Assembly: GCA_963667015.2 (NCBI GenBank)
Contig: CAXXJJ010000003.1
Coordinates: 32,001 to 96,000, forward strand
DNA: 64,000 nucleotides
From: Desulfatiglandales bacterium
GTDB taxonomy: Bacteria; Desulfobacterota; DSM-4660; Desulfatiglandales; HGW-15
Direction of reading: 5' to 3'
A program made the translations under genes and the position numbers. Below, one piece after another: positions 49,137-59,660 of this stretch. The notes beneath the pieces were generated by a model that was not told the DNA's origin, did no database searches, and saw only the letters and a list, made by a program, of their open reading frames with translations. Position 1 is the stretch's first letter; each line of letters starts with the position of its first letter.

Positions 49137-49412
49137 ATGAAAAAAATTGAACTGGTAAAAAAGATGGCAAAAGATGCGGAGATTTCTGAAGCTGCTGCTG
49201 GCAGGGCTCTTAATTCATTTTTTGATGGAGTTAAAACTTCATTAAAGAAAAAGGGCGGGAGCTTGACCCTGGTTGGTTTTGGAACCTTTAAGAAGGTGCA
49301 CCGCAAAGCAAGAAAAGGACGCAATCCACAGACCGGCGAATCTATAAAGATAAAGGGCAAAAACGTGGTGAAATTCTTACCGGGTAAAAAACTCAGGGAT
49401 TTTATTGCCTGA
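49137..49412 (+). CDS. hup: HU/IHF-family DNA-binding protein
   Basis: Own AAGGAG RBS and ATG 49137; MKKIELVKKMA...LVGFGTF...RKARKGRNPQTGESIKI...VKFLPGKKLRD. Confidence 0.9.
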   Translation: MKKIELVKKMAKDAEISEAAAGRALNSFFDGVKTSLKKKGGSLTLVGFGTFKKVHRKARKGRNPQTGESIKIKGKNVVKFLPGKKLRDFIA

Positions 49413-49425
49413 TGAGGTACGAACA

Positions 49426-50052
49426 ATGGAAAAAGAAAAACACTGGTCCCGTTTTGCAGATGACTTTGAAAAACGGGTCATTTATGTGGCCGGAGAGCAC
49501 AACATACTGGCCATAAAAAAAATACTGAATAAACAGCGCTTGAAGGGCAGGGTCCTGGAGCTTGGCTGCGGTAACGGCACCTATTCGAGCACACTTGCTG
49601 GAAAGGCCGATGCGCTTCATGTTACTGACTTCTCGGATCAGATGGTCAGTTTTTGTCAAAACAGGCTAAATGGCCTTGCAAATGTAGTAGTTGAAAAACA
49701 GGACTGTTTTAACCTGTCATACAGTGACAGAGAGTTTGACGCGGTTGTGATGGTTAACCTGCTGCATATTGTCCCTGATCCTGAAGTCGCTCTTAATGAG
49801 GCTCATCGGGTGTTGAAAACCGGCGGTACAATAATTGTGATAAGCTTTACTGCAAGCGGAATGAGTATTTTTACAAAGCTTGGAATGATGTACCGCTATT
49901 TCAGAGCCTGGGGCAAACCGCCTGCGGGCAGCAGAGTTCTTACAGTAGCTACTACTTGCACTATGCTGGAAAAGGCCGGGTATTCGGTTATTCTGGCAAA
50001 CCTTATGGGTAAAGGTGTAAAAGCGGTTTTTGTAAGGGCAGTGGCCCTGTAA
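49426..50052 (+). CDS. Class I SAM-dependent methyltransferase
   Basis: ATG 49426 after GAGG; VLELGCGNG, TDFSDQM, FDAVVMVNLLH, RVLKTGG. Confidence 0.9.
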   Translation: MEKEKHWSRFADDFEKRVIYVAGEHNILAIKKILNKQRLKGRVLELGCGNGTYSSTLAGKADALHVTDFSDQMVSFCQNRLNGLANVVVEKQDCFNLSYSDREFDAVVMVNLLHIVPDPEVALNEAHRVLKTGGTIIVISFTASGMSIFTKLGMMYRYFRAWGKPPAGSRVLTVATTCTMLEKAGYSVILANLMGKGVKAVFVRAVAL

Positions 50053-50059
50053 CAACCAT

Positions 50060-51862
50060 ATGACAACTGATAACTCGGGAGTATTACCAATGCACACACT
50101 TCAAAAACTTCAAACCTATATGACGGGAAGAAAAGCGCTTCTTCCCGGATCATTAGTCTTGTCAGCCATGAGCACCCTTGCGGGAATGTCTCCATATATT
50201 TTTATATGGTTGATTGTCCGTGAACTTTTCAACGCGGGTTCGAACTATTCCGTTTCCTTTGTTAACACCTGTGCATGGTGGGCCGCGGGAACTGCTGTAG
50301 GCAGTGTTATACTCTATTTTATTGCCCTGTCCTTTTCGCACCTTGCAGCCTTCAGGGCAGAAGCCAACATGCGCAGATATGCCATGCATAAAATTGTACG
50401 CATGCCCCTGGGATTTTTTGACAGAAAAACATCAGGGCGCATACGCAAGATAATTGATGAAAACGCAAGTATCACCCACGGTTTTTTGGCTCACCAGATG
50501 CCCGACCTTGCGGGAACGTTCATTATGCCTTTGACAGCGCTTGTCCTGGTTTTTGTGTTTGACTGGCGGCTTGGCCTGGCATGCCTTGTCCCCATAATCT
50601 TTTCCATGTTTCTCATGGGTTTTATGATGGGTAAAAAAGGACGGCATTTTATGAAGAGCTACATGGATTCCCTTGAAGAAATGAATACCGAGGCAGTGGA
50701 ATATGTAAGAGGTATACCGGTAGTAAAGGTTTTTCAGCAGACTGTATTTTCATTCAAGAATTTTTACAGAAGCATCATGAAATACAGGGAAATGGTATCG
50801 GAGTATACAAAGCTGTGGCAAAAACCCATGTCCGCCTATACGGTTGTTATAAACGGTTTTGTGTTTTTTCTTGTGCCTGCCGCGATTCTTCTTGTCAACA
50901 GTACCGGGGACCATGCGGGTGTTATGCTGAATCTTTTTTTGTATGTTCTGATTACCCCGGTATTTTCACAGTGCATTATGAGAAGCATGTACATGAGCCA
51001 GGCCCTTGGGCAGGCAAGAGAGGCGGTTACCCGTGTGGAAGACTTGATTTCTGCGGAGCCTCTCCCGGTACCGGCCATACCAAAATCCCCTACCGGTTAC
51101 GATATCAGTTTCAGGAATGTGTCATTCATGTATCCCTGTACTGTTCAAATGGCCATAGAAAACATCAGCTTTAATATTCCCGAAGGAAAAACAGCAGCGC
51201 TTGTGGGGGCGTCCGGCGGGGGTAAAACAACCATTGCGCGTCTTGTTCCGCGTTTCAGGGATGTTACTGAGGGCGAGGTGTTTATTGGCGGCGTCAATGT
51301 AAAGAATATTGATCCTGAAGAGCTTATGAACTCCATTTCTTTTGTGTTTCAGAATACCAGGCTTTTCAAGGCCTCCCTGCTTGAAAATATAAGATACGGT
51401 AATCCTGATGCAACCGCGGAACAGATAATGCAGGCAGTTAAGACGGCACAGTGCCGGGAAATAATAGATAAACTTCCCAGCGGCCTGAAAACAAAAATAG
51501 GAACCGAAGGTACCTATCTTTCCGGAGGCGAGCAGCAGCGGATAGTACTTGCCAGGGCTATTCTTAAAAACGCGCCGGTTGTTGTGCTGGATGAGGCAAC
51601 CGCTTTTACCGACCCTGAAAATGAACATCTGATTCAGGCGGCCCTTAAAAAACTGGCAAAGGGAAAAACAGTGCTCATGATCGCACACAGGCTTACAAGC
51701 GTAAAGGATGCTGACACCATTATTGTTATTGATAAAGGTAAAATTGCAGAGCAGGGTACACATAATGAGCTGCTCAAAAAACAGGGCATCTACACAAACA
51801 TGTGGAATGAATATCAGCAGTCGGTCCAGTGGACAATAGGAAAGGAGGCATGTAATGCTTAA
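50060..51862 (+). CDS. ABC transporter permease/ATPase (YbtP/IrtA-like), pair 1 subunit A
   Basis: SHLAAF, AH.MPD, AVEYVRGIPVVK, GASGGGKT, LSGGEQQR, LDEATAFTDPENE. Confidence 0.92.
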   Translation: MTTDNSGVLPMHTLQKLQTYMTGRKALLPGSLVLSAMSTLAGMSPYIFIWLIVRELFNAGSNYSVSFVNTCAWWAAGTAVGSVILYFIALSFSHLAAFRAEANMRRYAMHKIVRMPLGFFDRKTSGRIRKIIDENASITHGFLAHQMPDLAGTFIMPLTALVLVFVFDWRLGLACLVPIIFSMFLMGFMMGKKGRHFMKSYMDSLEEMNTEAVEYVRGIPVVKVFQQTVFSFKNFYRSIMKYREMVSEYTKLWQKPMSAYTVVINGFVFFLVPAAILLVNSTGDHAGVMLNLFLYVLITPVFSQCIMRSMYMSQALGQAREAVTRVEDLISAEPLPVPAIPKSPTGYDISFRNVSFMYPCTVQMAIENISFNIPEGKTAALVGASGGGKTTIARLVPRFRDVTEGEVFIGGVNVKNIDPEELMNSISFVFQNTRLFKASLLENIRYGNPDATAEQIMQAVKTAQCREIIDKLPSGLKTKIGTEGTYLSGGEQQRIVLARAILKNAPVVVLDEATAFTDPENEHLIQAALKKLAKGKTVLMIAHRLTSVKDADTIIVIDKGKIAEQGTHNELLKKQGIYTNMWNEYQQSVQWTIGKEACNA

Positions 51863-53594
51863 GATGCTTCAAAAAAGACTTGCCCTTTCAAAAAAGGGCG
51901 CTAAAGATTTTTTAAAGGGCGTGTTTTTTACAACAATCTTGGATCTGGCCCTCATGCTTCCTGCGGTCCTGTTTTACTTTTTTCTAAAAGAGTACCTCGC
52001 TCCTGTGCTTGATCTGTCCGCACCGGTTACAAAGGGTTTTTTATATTATGTTCTTCTCGGGGCAGTATTTATGCTTGTCATGTATGTTATCGCAATATTA
52101 CAGTACCAAAGTACATATACGACCATTTACGAAGAAAGCGCCAACCGCCGTATTTCTCTGGCCGAGAAGCTACGTATATTGCCTCTTGCCTTTTTCGGTG
52201 AAAAAAATCTTTCTGATCTTACTGCAACTGTTATGGAAGACAATACTGAACTGGAACATACCTTTTCACACGCAGTGCCTCAGCTTGCAGCCTCGATTAT
52301 CAGTCTTGTTATAATCGCGGCAGGTTTGTTCTTTTATAACTGGCAGCTCTCCATTGCCCTGTTCTGGGTAGTACCTTTTGCAGGAGCTATAATTATTGTT
52401 TCAAAGAAAATTCTTCATAAAGAAAACCGAAAGCTTTACCTGAAAAAACGGGATGTAACTGAGCAGATACAGGAAGGGATAGAAACAATACAGGAAATCA
52501 AGTCATATAACCGGGAAGAAACCTATATTGATGAATTGAACAGAAGTATCAATATCTATGAAAAGCATCTTATACGCGGCGAACTGCTGGCAGGAGGGCT
52601 GGTCAATTCTGCACAGAGTTTTCTCAAACTTGGTATGGCAAGCGTTGTTATTACAGGCGCAAAGCTTTTATCATCAGGGAGTATTGATCTCTTTATGTAT
52701 CTTGTATTTCTTATGATAGCATCCAGGATCTACAACCCTATAAGCGAGGTGTTCAACAACCTGGCGGCCCTGTTCTATCTTGATATCCGCATCAACCGTA
52801 TGATCGAGATGGAAGCTCTGCCCGTGCAGAAGGGTAACAGTGATTTTAAACCCGATAACTATGATATTGTTTTTAAAGGTGTGGATTTCTCATACGAAAA
52901 AGGAAAGCAGGTACTGCATGATGTATCCTTTACTGCAAAGCAGGGTGAAATAACCGCGCTTGTGGGTCCTTCGGGCGGGGGAAAAAGTACATCTGCAAAG
53001 CTTGCCGCCAGGTTCTGGGATATTGAAAAAGGTAAAATACTTTTAGGCGGGCAGGACATCAAAAACATTGAACCTGAAACCCTGCTTAAAAACTACTCAG
53101 TTGTATTCCAGGATGTTGTGCTGTTTAATTCATCTATAATGGATAATATTCGCATCGGCAGGCGTGATGCAAGTGATGAGGAAGTAATGCATGTTGCGGG
53201 TCTTGCCAGGTGTGATGAGTTTGTTAATAAAATGCCGGAAGGCTACAATACCGTTATAGGTGAAAACGGTGAGACTCTTTCGGGCGGCGAACGTCAGCGC
53301 ATCTCCATTGCCCGGGCCCTGCTTAAGGATGCCCCCATTGTTCTGCTTGATGAAGCAACAGCTTCGCTTGATGTGGAAAATGAAACAAAGATTCAGGCTG
53401 GTATTTCCGAACTGGTAAAGGACAAGACCGTGCTGATCATAGCCCATCGCATGCGCACTGTGGCAAATGCTCATAAAATAGTGGTCCTGGAAGAGGGTAG
53501 GGTTGCTGAAACAGGATCACCTGAAGAATTGAAGACAAAAAATGGTATTTTATCGAAAATGATTGAACGTCAGATGCAGCCGAATCTTATATAA
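51855..53594 (+). CDS. ABC transporter permease/ATPase (YbtQ/IrtB-like), pair 1 subunit B
   Basis: RISLAEKLR.LPL, GPSGGGKST, LSGGERQRISIARA, LDEATASLDVENE. Confidence 0.92.
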   Translation: MLKMLQKRLALSKKGAKDFLKGVFFTTILDLALMLPAVLFYFFLKEYLAPVLDLSAPVTKGFLYYVLLGAVFMLVMYVIAILQYQSTYTTIYEESANRRISLAEKLRILPLAFFGEKNLSDLTATVMEDNTELEHTFSHAVPQLAASIISLVIIAAGLFFYNWQLSIALFWVVPFAGAIIIVSKKILHKENRKLYLKKRDVTEQIQEGIETIQEIKSYNREETYIDELNRSINIYEKHLIRGELLAGGLVNSAQSFLKLGMASVVITGAKLLSSGSIDLFMYLVFLMIASRIYNPISEVFNNLAALFYLDIRINRMIEMEALPVQKGNSDFKPDNYDIVFKGVDFSYEKGKQVLHDVSFTAKQGEITALVGPSGGGKSTSAKLAARFWDIEKGKILLGGQDIKNIEPETLLKNYSVVFQDVVLFNSSIMDNIRIGRRDASDEEVMHVAGLARCDEFVNKMPEGYNTVIGENGETLSGGERQRISIARALLKDAPIVLLDEATASLDVENETKIQAGISELVKDKTVLIIAHRMRTVANAHKIVVLEEGRVAETGSPEELKTKNGILSKMIERQMQPNLI

Positions 53595-53612
53595 AAACAG
53601 GGTAAATGCTCC

Positions 53613-54572
53613 ATGATGGATCTTATTCAAAAATATCAGAGCTACCATAACAAGTGTCATGATATCAGTTATTCTATCCCGGATATAAAAGGCCGCGGTT
53701 ATTTTCGGTCGATATGTCCTCGAAAAGGAATATGGATTTTTCAGGAAGAATATCAGCTCAGGGAGGAGTTTTCGGTCAAGACATGTAATACATCTCTCCC
53801 CATGGGTATTTCATATTGCCTGTCAGGCAGGGTGGACTGGTCTGTCGAAGGCAGGGAAGAACAGTATACAACCGGAAAGGGACAGAGCGAGTTTCTTTTT
53901 GCCGGAGAAACCGGCGGGGTATCAACATACGGAGCTGATGAACCCATTGTAATAATAAGTATTATGATTTGCCCTGAAGTAATGGGGATGTATCTGGATA
54001 TGCCAGGAAATTCAGCCTGCGATTATATGCTGATTGAGCCGCACGAGGAAAAGGGTGATGATATACTGTATAAAAAATGCGATATTCCCGGGTATGTTCG
54101 GCAGATACTGCATCAATTGATGAGATCTCCCTGTGAAAATATATCCGAGCGCCTGCTCTTCCAGAGTAAGGTATTGGAACTGGTGGCATTGCAGATGGAA
54201 CAGATCGGCAGTAACAACACCGGTATACGCAAAAGGTATGAAACAGCCGCTGCTGGTACAATAGTGTCAGAGGCAAAAAACATCATCAGTGCCCGCATGA
54301 AATCTCCCCCTTCCCTTAAAAGTCTTGCCCATATGATAGGCACAAATGAAACCAAACTCAAAAAGGTTTTCAGGGAAAAATGCAATACAACTGTATACGG
54401 ATATTTGACAGAGTGCCGTATGCAGAAGGCATGTGACCTGCTTAAAGATCATTCCCAGACCATGTCGGAGATCGGCGCAGAACTGGGGTACTCCGAACGC
54501 ACTCATTTCTGCCGCGCATTTACAAGATATTTTGGCATGCCTCCTTCACAGTATCGTATGAAATTAAGATAG
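53613..54572 (+). CDS. AraC-family regulator (PchR/YbtA-like)
   Basis: QSKVLEL, PPSLKSLAHMIGTNETKLKKVF...GYSERTHFCRAF..YFGMPPSQYR. Confidence 0.92.
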   Translation: MMDLIQKYQSYHNKCHDISYSIPDIKGRGYFRSICPRKGIWIFQEEYQLREEFSVKTCNTSLPMGISYCLSGRVDWSVEGREEQYTTGKGQSEFLFAGETGGVSTYGADEPIVIISIMICPEVMGMYLDMPGNSACDYMLIEPHEEKGDDILYKKCDIPGYVRQILHQLMRSPCENISERLLFQSKVLELVALQMEQIGSNNTGIRKRYETAAAGTIVSEAKNIISARMKSPPSLKSLAHMIGTNETKLKKVFREKCNTTVYGYLTECRMQKACDLLKDHSQTMSEIGAELGYSERTHFCRAFTRYFGMPPSQYRMKLR

Positions 54573-54719
54573 TTTTACAACTCTCCAAAAACACCCTTTG
54601 AGGTACATGTTTGTACCTCAGGGGTACACTTCTTAAGACACGTGTGTGTTATAGGTGTCTAATAATATTTTAATCATATATTTGAGATTGATATTTGTTT
54701 GATAATCAAGGAGTTGATC

Positions 54720-56831
54720 ATGTACATACTGAAAAGAAGTCTGTTGTTAATGATATTATTAATACTGATACCGGGCATTGTTGTCAGCGGAGAAGAATAT
54801 TCTACACGAATTACCGGCACTGATGAATCCGTAAAGATGGAAAAACTTACGGTTACTGTCCGCAAGATCGAGGAGGATCTTCAAAAGATCCCTGTGAGCG
54901 CCAGCGTTGTGTCGGATATTCTTCTGGATGATGCCAAAATCGATGACACAAAGGAACTGATAGATTTTATTCCCAATGTTTACCTTAAAAAAACAACCTC
55001 TGAAAATGTAATAACCATGAGAGGTATTACAAGTTATGAGTCCTCTGTATATTCCCCGACTGCCGTCTATATAGATGATCTTATGATCCCCCTGCATTAT
55101 GGGCATCTGTTCGATTTGATAGACATCGAAAGGGTGGAGGTGCTCAGGGGACCACAGGGAAGCCTTTATGGCGGAAACAGCCTTGCAGGTGTTATAAATG
55201 TAGTTACCCGCATGCCGGATAATGAAAGGCGTTTTAAGATATTCGGAGATCTTGCAGGCTTTACAGGCGGAGAAGGCAGTTTCCCTGAATACAGTATGGG
55301 ATTCAATGCGTCAGGTCCTGTTGTTTCTGATAAATTGTATTTAGGTATAGCAGGAAGCTGGTCAAAGGGTGACGGATTTATGAAGAATCTGTATTCAGGA
55401 AATGAAAAGGCCGGAAAGACAGATCGAAAAAATATCCGGGGAACCTTGCGTTTAACACCTTCTGCAAACCTTGATATTACACTTTCCGCTGATGTTCTGG
55501 ATAATGATGATAACATAGGAGTATACCGTTTTGAAGGCGGTCCATACAGAACCGATCCCTATACTGTTGACCATGACACCGAGGAGTTTCAGAAGGAATC
55601 GGGATATGGATTAAACTTCAGGCTGGCCTACACCGGAGATAATTTAAAATTATTATCTGTCACAGGATACAGGAAATACAATAACGACAATCTGCAGGAC
55701 TATGATGATACCTCGGATCCATATAACAACTGGGGGGCATATTACTCTGAGTATGATGACAAATACCTGAGTCAGGAATTCAGGCTTTCTTCCGTTGACG
55801 ATGATTCTCCCTTCAAATGGCTTATAGGCGCACACGGTTTTAGAGAAGATACTGATATTGCCCAGACTGATGAAGTTGTTTATCAGGACAGCAGGACTGC
55901 CATTGAATCATCAGGCTATTCCCTGTTTGGCGAGGGAACATACACCCTGATTGGCCGCCTGCATTTGACCGCAGGCTTCCGGTATGATGCCCGTGATACC
56001 GAGGGAGAAAAACATGACTATGGAATAGACATCACACATGAAATGGACAGCTCGGAAGTTATGCCCAAGTTTTCATTAGGTTATGATTTTACGGATCAGA
56101 CCTACGGTTACGCTACTGTTTCAAAGGGATTTCTTGCAGGCGGGTACAATTACGGTGATGCTTCGGATATTTCATCATTTGCCTATGACCCGGAATACGC
56201 CTGGAACTATGAAGCCGGGTTAAAGACAAACTGGATGGACCGCAGGCTCATGCTTAATGTTGCTGTTTTCTATATTGATATGACCGACAAACAGGTCACG
56301 GAAATGGATTACGGTGAGGGATACTTTATTACCAAAATCGATAATGCCGCAAAAGCACATTCAAAGGGTATTGAAGTTGAACTACAGGCAAGGCCTGCAA
56401 AGGGCTGGGATATATTTGCCGGGCTGGGATATACTGACGCCGAGTATGACAACTGGGTGGCAACCGAATATAACAGTGATTACACTGATCTGATCAGCAA
56501 CGATTACAGCGGAAAAAGTGTGCCCGGAGCACCTGAATACACAGGACATCTGGGTATCCAGTACCGTCATATCAGCGGGATATTCGCCCGTGTTGACCTG
56601 GATGCGATCGGCTCAATCTACGCGGACCAGAAAAATATTATTGAGGATGACGCCTATGCCCTTGTTAACCTGCAGCTTGGTTATGAGACAGAGAATTATG
56701 ACCTGATATTCTACTGTAAAAATCTGTTTGACACGGAATATCATACTGTTGCTTATGACTGGGACGGGGTAAAACTTGTACAGGACGGTGAACCCGCAAT
56801 ATTCGGCGCGCGTGTAATTATGAGATTCTGA
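54720..56831 (+). CDS. TonB-dependent receptor (FyuA-like siderophore-type)
   Basis: ATG 54720 after AAGGAG; DIERVEVLRGPQGSLYGGNSLAGVINVVT, SQEFRL, AGGYN, YDPEYAWNYEAG, terminal F. Confidence 0.92.
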   Translation: MYILKRSLLLMILLILIPGIVVSGEEYSTRITGTDESVKMEKLTVTVRKIEEDLQKIPVSASVVSDILLDDAKIDDTKELIDFIPNVYLKKTTSENVITMRGITSYESSVYSPTAVYIDDLMIPLHYGHLFDLIDIERVEVLRGPQGSLYGGNSLAGVINVVTRMPDNERRFKIFGDLAGFTGGEGSFPEYSMGFNASGPVVSDKLYLGIAGSWSKGDGFMKNLYSGNEKAGKTDRKNIRGTLRLTPSANLDITLSADVLDNDDNIGVYRFEGGPYRTDPYTVDHDTEEFQKESGYGLNFRLAYTGDNLKLLSVTGYRKYNNDNLQDYDDTSDPYNNWGAYYSEYDDKYLSQEFRLSSVDDDSPFKWLIGAHGFREDTDIAQTDEVVYQDSRTAIESSGYSLFGEGTYTLIGRLHLTAGFRYDARDTEGEKHDYGIDITHEMDSSEVMPKFSLGYDFTDQTYGYATVSKGFLAGGYNYGDASDISSFAYDPEYAWNYEAGLKTNWMDRRLMLNVAVFYIDMTDKQVTEMDYGEGYFITKIDNAAKAHSKGIEVELQARPAKGWDIFAGLGYTDAEYDNWVATEYNSDYTDLISNDYSGKSVPGAPEYTGHLGIQYRHISGIFARVDLDAIGSIYADQKNIIEDDAYALVNLQLGYETENYDLIFYCKNLFDTEYHTVAYDWDGVKLVQDGEPAIFGARVIMRF

Positions 56832-56833
56832 TA

Positions 56834-57511
56834 ATGGGGGATAACGCTTCGGTAATGAGGGAGACATGCACACCTGATGACCTGTTTGCTCCCGCGAGCA
56901 GGTACATTATAAAATGCGGTGCAGACTCCGGGATACGCGACTGGATAATCCTTGGAGTACTTAACGGACTGGTGGTGGCAATGAGTCACCTGATATTTTC
57001 CCTGTATATATTTCTGGGGCCTCTGGCCGTTTTTATGCAGTTTTATCATCAGTGTGCAGAAAACCTTTTTATTGCAAGCGTATACCTGCTTATGCCGGTA
57101 ACTGCTCCGCGCAGGTTTGCCTTTTCCCTTAACGCTGTTGTGTGGAGTATCATGGGTGTAATGCAGGGATGGTGGCCTGTTATACCGGTCGCAGTACCCG
57201 CAGGAATAATGGCTGATCTTATTGTGCGCGTACCATGTTTTAAAAGCCGTAAAATCAAATTATTGATCAGCTATTCATTCTATACAACCATGCTGAGCAT
57301 TGCCAGTTTCTGGCCCTTTATGTTCATGAAACAAAGCACAATGATGCGGAGGATGGCGGCAATGGACCCGGGCATTGGGGCCTATATTAATAAATTTACC
57401 ATGCCGTTTTTTACAAGCATAATGGCGGCGTCCTTTATATCAGCCCTGCTCGGCGGTTTTATGGCATTAAAATTTATTTCAAGACATTTTGCAGCAGACG
57501 GAACAGGGTAA
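56834..57511 (+). CDS. MptD-like ECF transporter S component
   Basis: About six TM helices; directly upstream of ECF T and ATPase genes. Confidence 0.65.
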   Translation: MGDNASVMRETCTPDDLFAPASRYIIKCGADSGIRDWIILGVLNGLVVAMSHLIFSLYIFLGPLAVFMQFYHQCAENLFIASVYLLMPVTAPRRFAFSLNAVVWSIMGVMQGWWPVIPVAVPAGIMADLIVRVPCFKSRKIKLLISYSFYTTMLSIASFWPFMFMKQSTMMRRMAAMDPGIGAYINKFTMPFFTSIMAASFISALLGGFMALKFISRHFAADGTG

Positions 57512-58287
57512 TGAAAATCAGAGGAATAAGGAAAATTATATATGACCTTGATGACCGTGTTAAGGTCTGGATGGCAATAAGTGCGGGTGCCGCGGCAATT
57601 TATTGCGTGGACTGGTTTTTACAGTGCCTGATCCTTTTTATATGCCTTGCCCTGTGCATGGCAGGAGGGGCAGGGCGTTTTGTTGCAGGCTATACAATAC
57701 TGCTGCTCATAGTTGTGGGTATTGTTTCCCTGGGGCTGAAACTTACTTCCCCGGAATCAAACTCTACGGGCATGAGCCTCTATTTTATGATTATCAAGTT
57801 CAGTCCCATGTTTGTGATGATGGTTTTTATTCAGGCAAGCCTCAATACAAGCCGCTTTCTGCATATGCTGGATCAGATGCGCATCCCTGCAAAATATGTA
57901 ATTCCTCTGGGTGTATGCCTGCGTTTTATGCCTTCTGCTGCAACAGAGATTCGCCAGGTCCGTTATGCTATGCGTATGCGCGGAATCAGGTTTTTCTCTT
58001 TTTCTACGGTCAGGCATCCCTTTGTTATGCTCGGGTATATGATGGCCCCGATCCTTGTAAGGTCCCTGTCTATCGGAGAGGAGCTTGCACGCTCAGCCGT
58101 GGCAAGGGGAATAGAGTCAACAGGTTTAAAGACCAGTATTCATAAACTTTTATTTCGTACAGTAGACGGGGTTGTGTTTGTTGTCTGGTCCATGTCTTTT
58201 GCAGCCATTATCATTACTGATCATCATATCTATTCCGAGGGTCTTAATCCTCTGCAGACAGTATTATCCGGAGGGGTGATGTGCTGA
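57511..58287 (+). CDS. ECF transporter T component (CbiQ/EcfT)
   Basis: LDDRVK, LRFMP, AMRMRG, ELARSAVARG. Confidence 0.88.
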   Translation: MKIRGIRKIIYDLDDRVKVWMAISAGAAAIYCVDWFLQCLILFICLALCMAGGAGRFVAGYTILLLIVVGIVSLGLKLTSPESNSTGMSLYFMIIKFSPMFVMMVFIQASLNTSRFLHMLDQMRIPAKYVIPLGVCLRFMPSAATEIRQVRYAMRMRGIRFFSFSTVRHPFVMLGYMMAPILVRSLSIGEELARSAVARGIESTGLKTSIHKLLFRTVDGVVFVVWSMSFAAIIITDHHIYSEGLNPLQTVLSGGVMC

Positions 58288-59660
58288 AAACCGAAGAACT
58301 CTCATTTCAGTATACAGGCAGCACAGGCTGGGCCATAAAGGATGTCTGTATTGAGGTCAACAGGGGGGAGTGTGTCCTGCTAACGGGTGCAAGCGGGTGC
58401 GGCAAATCCACACTGGTAAAATGCCTTAACGGTCTTGTTCCCCATTTTGAAAAGGGTATAAGGGCAGGCAGGGTAATGCTTGATCAGACGGACATGGCAG
58501 ACATGCCCATTCATGGGATTTCACAAAGGGTTGGAACTGTTTTTCAGAATCCAAGATCCCAGTTTTTTACCACCCATGTGGTAGACGAGATAGCATTCGG
58601 GTGTGAAAACTTCGGTATGCCCCGGGAAAAAATCATGAGCCGTATTGATGAATCCCTTGACCGGTTCGGTATTGCCCATCTCCGGGGCAGGAAGATATTT
58701 GCTCTTTCGAGCGGTGAACAGCAGAGAGTAATACTGGCCTCTGTTTATGCTATGGGTGTCGATGTATGGGTGATGGATGAGCCTTCGGCCAACCTGGATA
58801 ATCATGCAATAGATACACTCAGGGATATTATCGGTTCACTTAAAGAGGAAGGGAAAACCATAATTATAGCGGAGCACCGATATCATTATCTTAAGGAACA
58901 TATAGACAGGGTTGTATTCCTCAACAAAGGCCGTATCTGTTCAATACATAGTGATGATTCTCTTTTGGAAAAAAAGAATCATCACTGTGTATCACATTTA
59001 AAAAAAGAAATAAAATATTCGGACAGATCCCTTACAGCAAAAAATATATTTTATCATTACCCCAAATCCCGTGATTCAATTCTCGAAGGAATAGATATTT
59101 CTGTTTCCGGCGGGGAGATTACTGCGATTACCGGGAACAACGGGAGCGGAAAGACTACGCTGGCAATGATGATCGCAGGTCTTATCAGACCGGACAAAGG
59201 AGAGATAAAATTCAACAGTTCTCCTGTTACTTCAGGGCAAAGGATTAAAAAATGCAGGATGGTGTTACAGGAAGCAGACCACCAGCTTTTTACCGAGACA
59301 GTTTACCGGGAACTGGAAATCGGCATTAAAAAGAACGGTGACCATCGTGATCGGATAATGAAGATATTAAAATCCATCGGCCTTGACCATAAAGCCCGCA
59401 AAAGACCCCACTCACTTTCAGGCGGTGAAAAGCAGAGGCTTGCAGTTGCTGCAGCTCTTGCGGCTGATCCTGAAATACTGATCCTGGATGAACCCACAAG
59501 CGGGCTTGATGTAGAAAATATGATGCGTATAGGGAATATGCTTAATCACGCATCCCGGAGAGGTGCTGTTGTAATAGTAATAACCCATGACAATGAATTT
59601 ATAAAAAACTGCTGTACAAGAGTACTGCGGATAAAAAAAGGAGGTATTATCAATGAATAA
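58281..59660 (+). CDS. ECF transporter double-ATPase component
   Basis: GASGCGKST/FQNPRSQFF/LSSGEQQR and GNNGSGKTT/LSGGEKQR/LDEPTSGLD. Confidence 0.92.
   Translation: MLKTEELSFQYTGSTGWAIKDVCIEVNRGECVLLTGASGCGKSTLVKCLNGLVPHFEKGIRAGRVMLDQTDMADMPIHGISQRVGTVFQNPRSQFFTTHVVDEIAFGCENFGMPREKIMSRIDESLDRFGIAHLRGRKIFALSSGEQQRVILASVYAMGVDVWVMDEPSANLDNHAIDTLRDIIGSLKEEGKTIIIAEHRYHYLKEHIDRVVFLNKGRICSIHSDDSLLEKKNHHCVSHLKKEIKYSDRSLTAKNIFYHYPKSRDSILEGIDISVSGGEITAITGNNGSGKTTLAMMIAGLIRPDKGEIKFNSSPVTSGQRIKKCRMVLQEADHQLFTETVYRELEIGIKKNGDHRDRIMKILKSIGLDHKARKRPHSLSGGEKQRLAVAAALAADPEILILDEPTSGLDVENMMRIGNMLNHASRRGAVVIVITHDNEFIKNCCTRVLRIKKGGIINE

Noticed and set aside
44931..49412. De novo cobalamin biosynthesis cluster
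   Set aside because: No other cob/cbi genes or chelatase ATPase subunits; the CobN-like protein appears exported and membrane-anchored.
54665..54710. Fur box before the FyuA-like receptor
   Set aside because: AT-rich with only a partial GATAAT match and no convincing palindrome.
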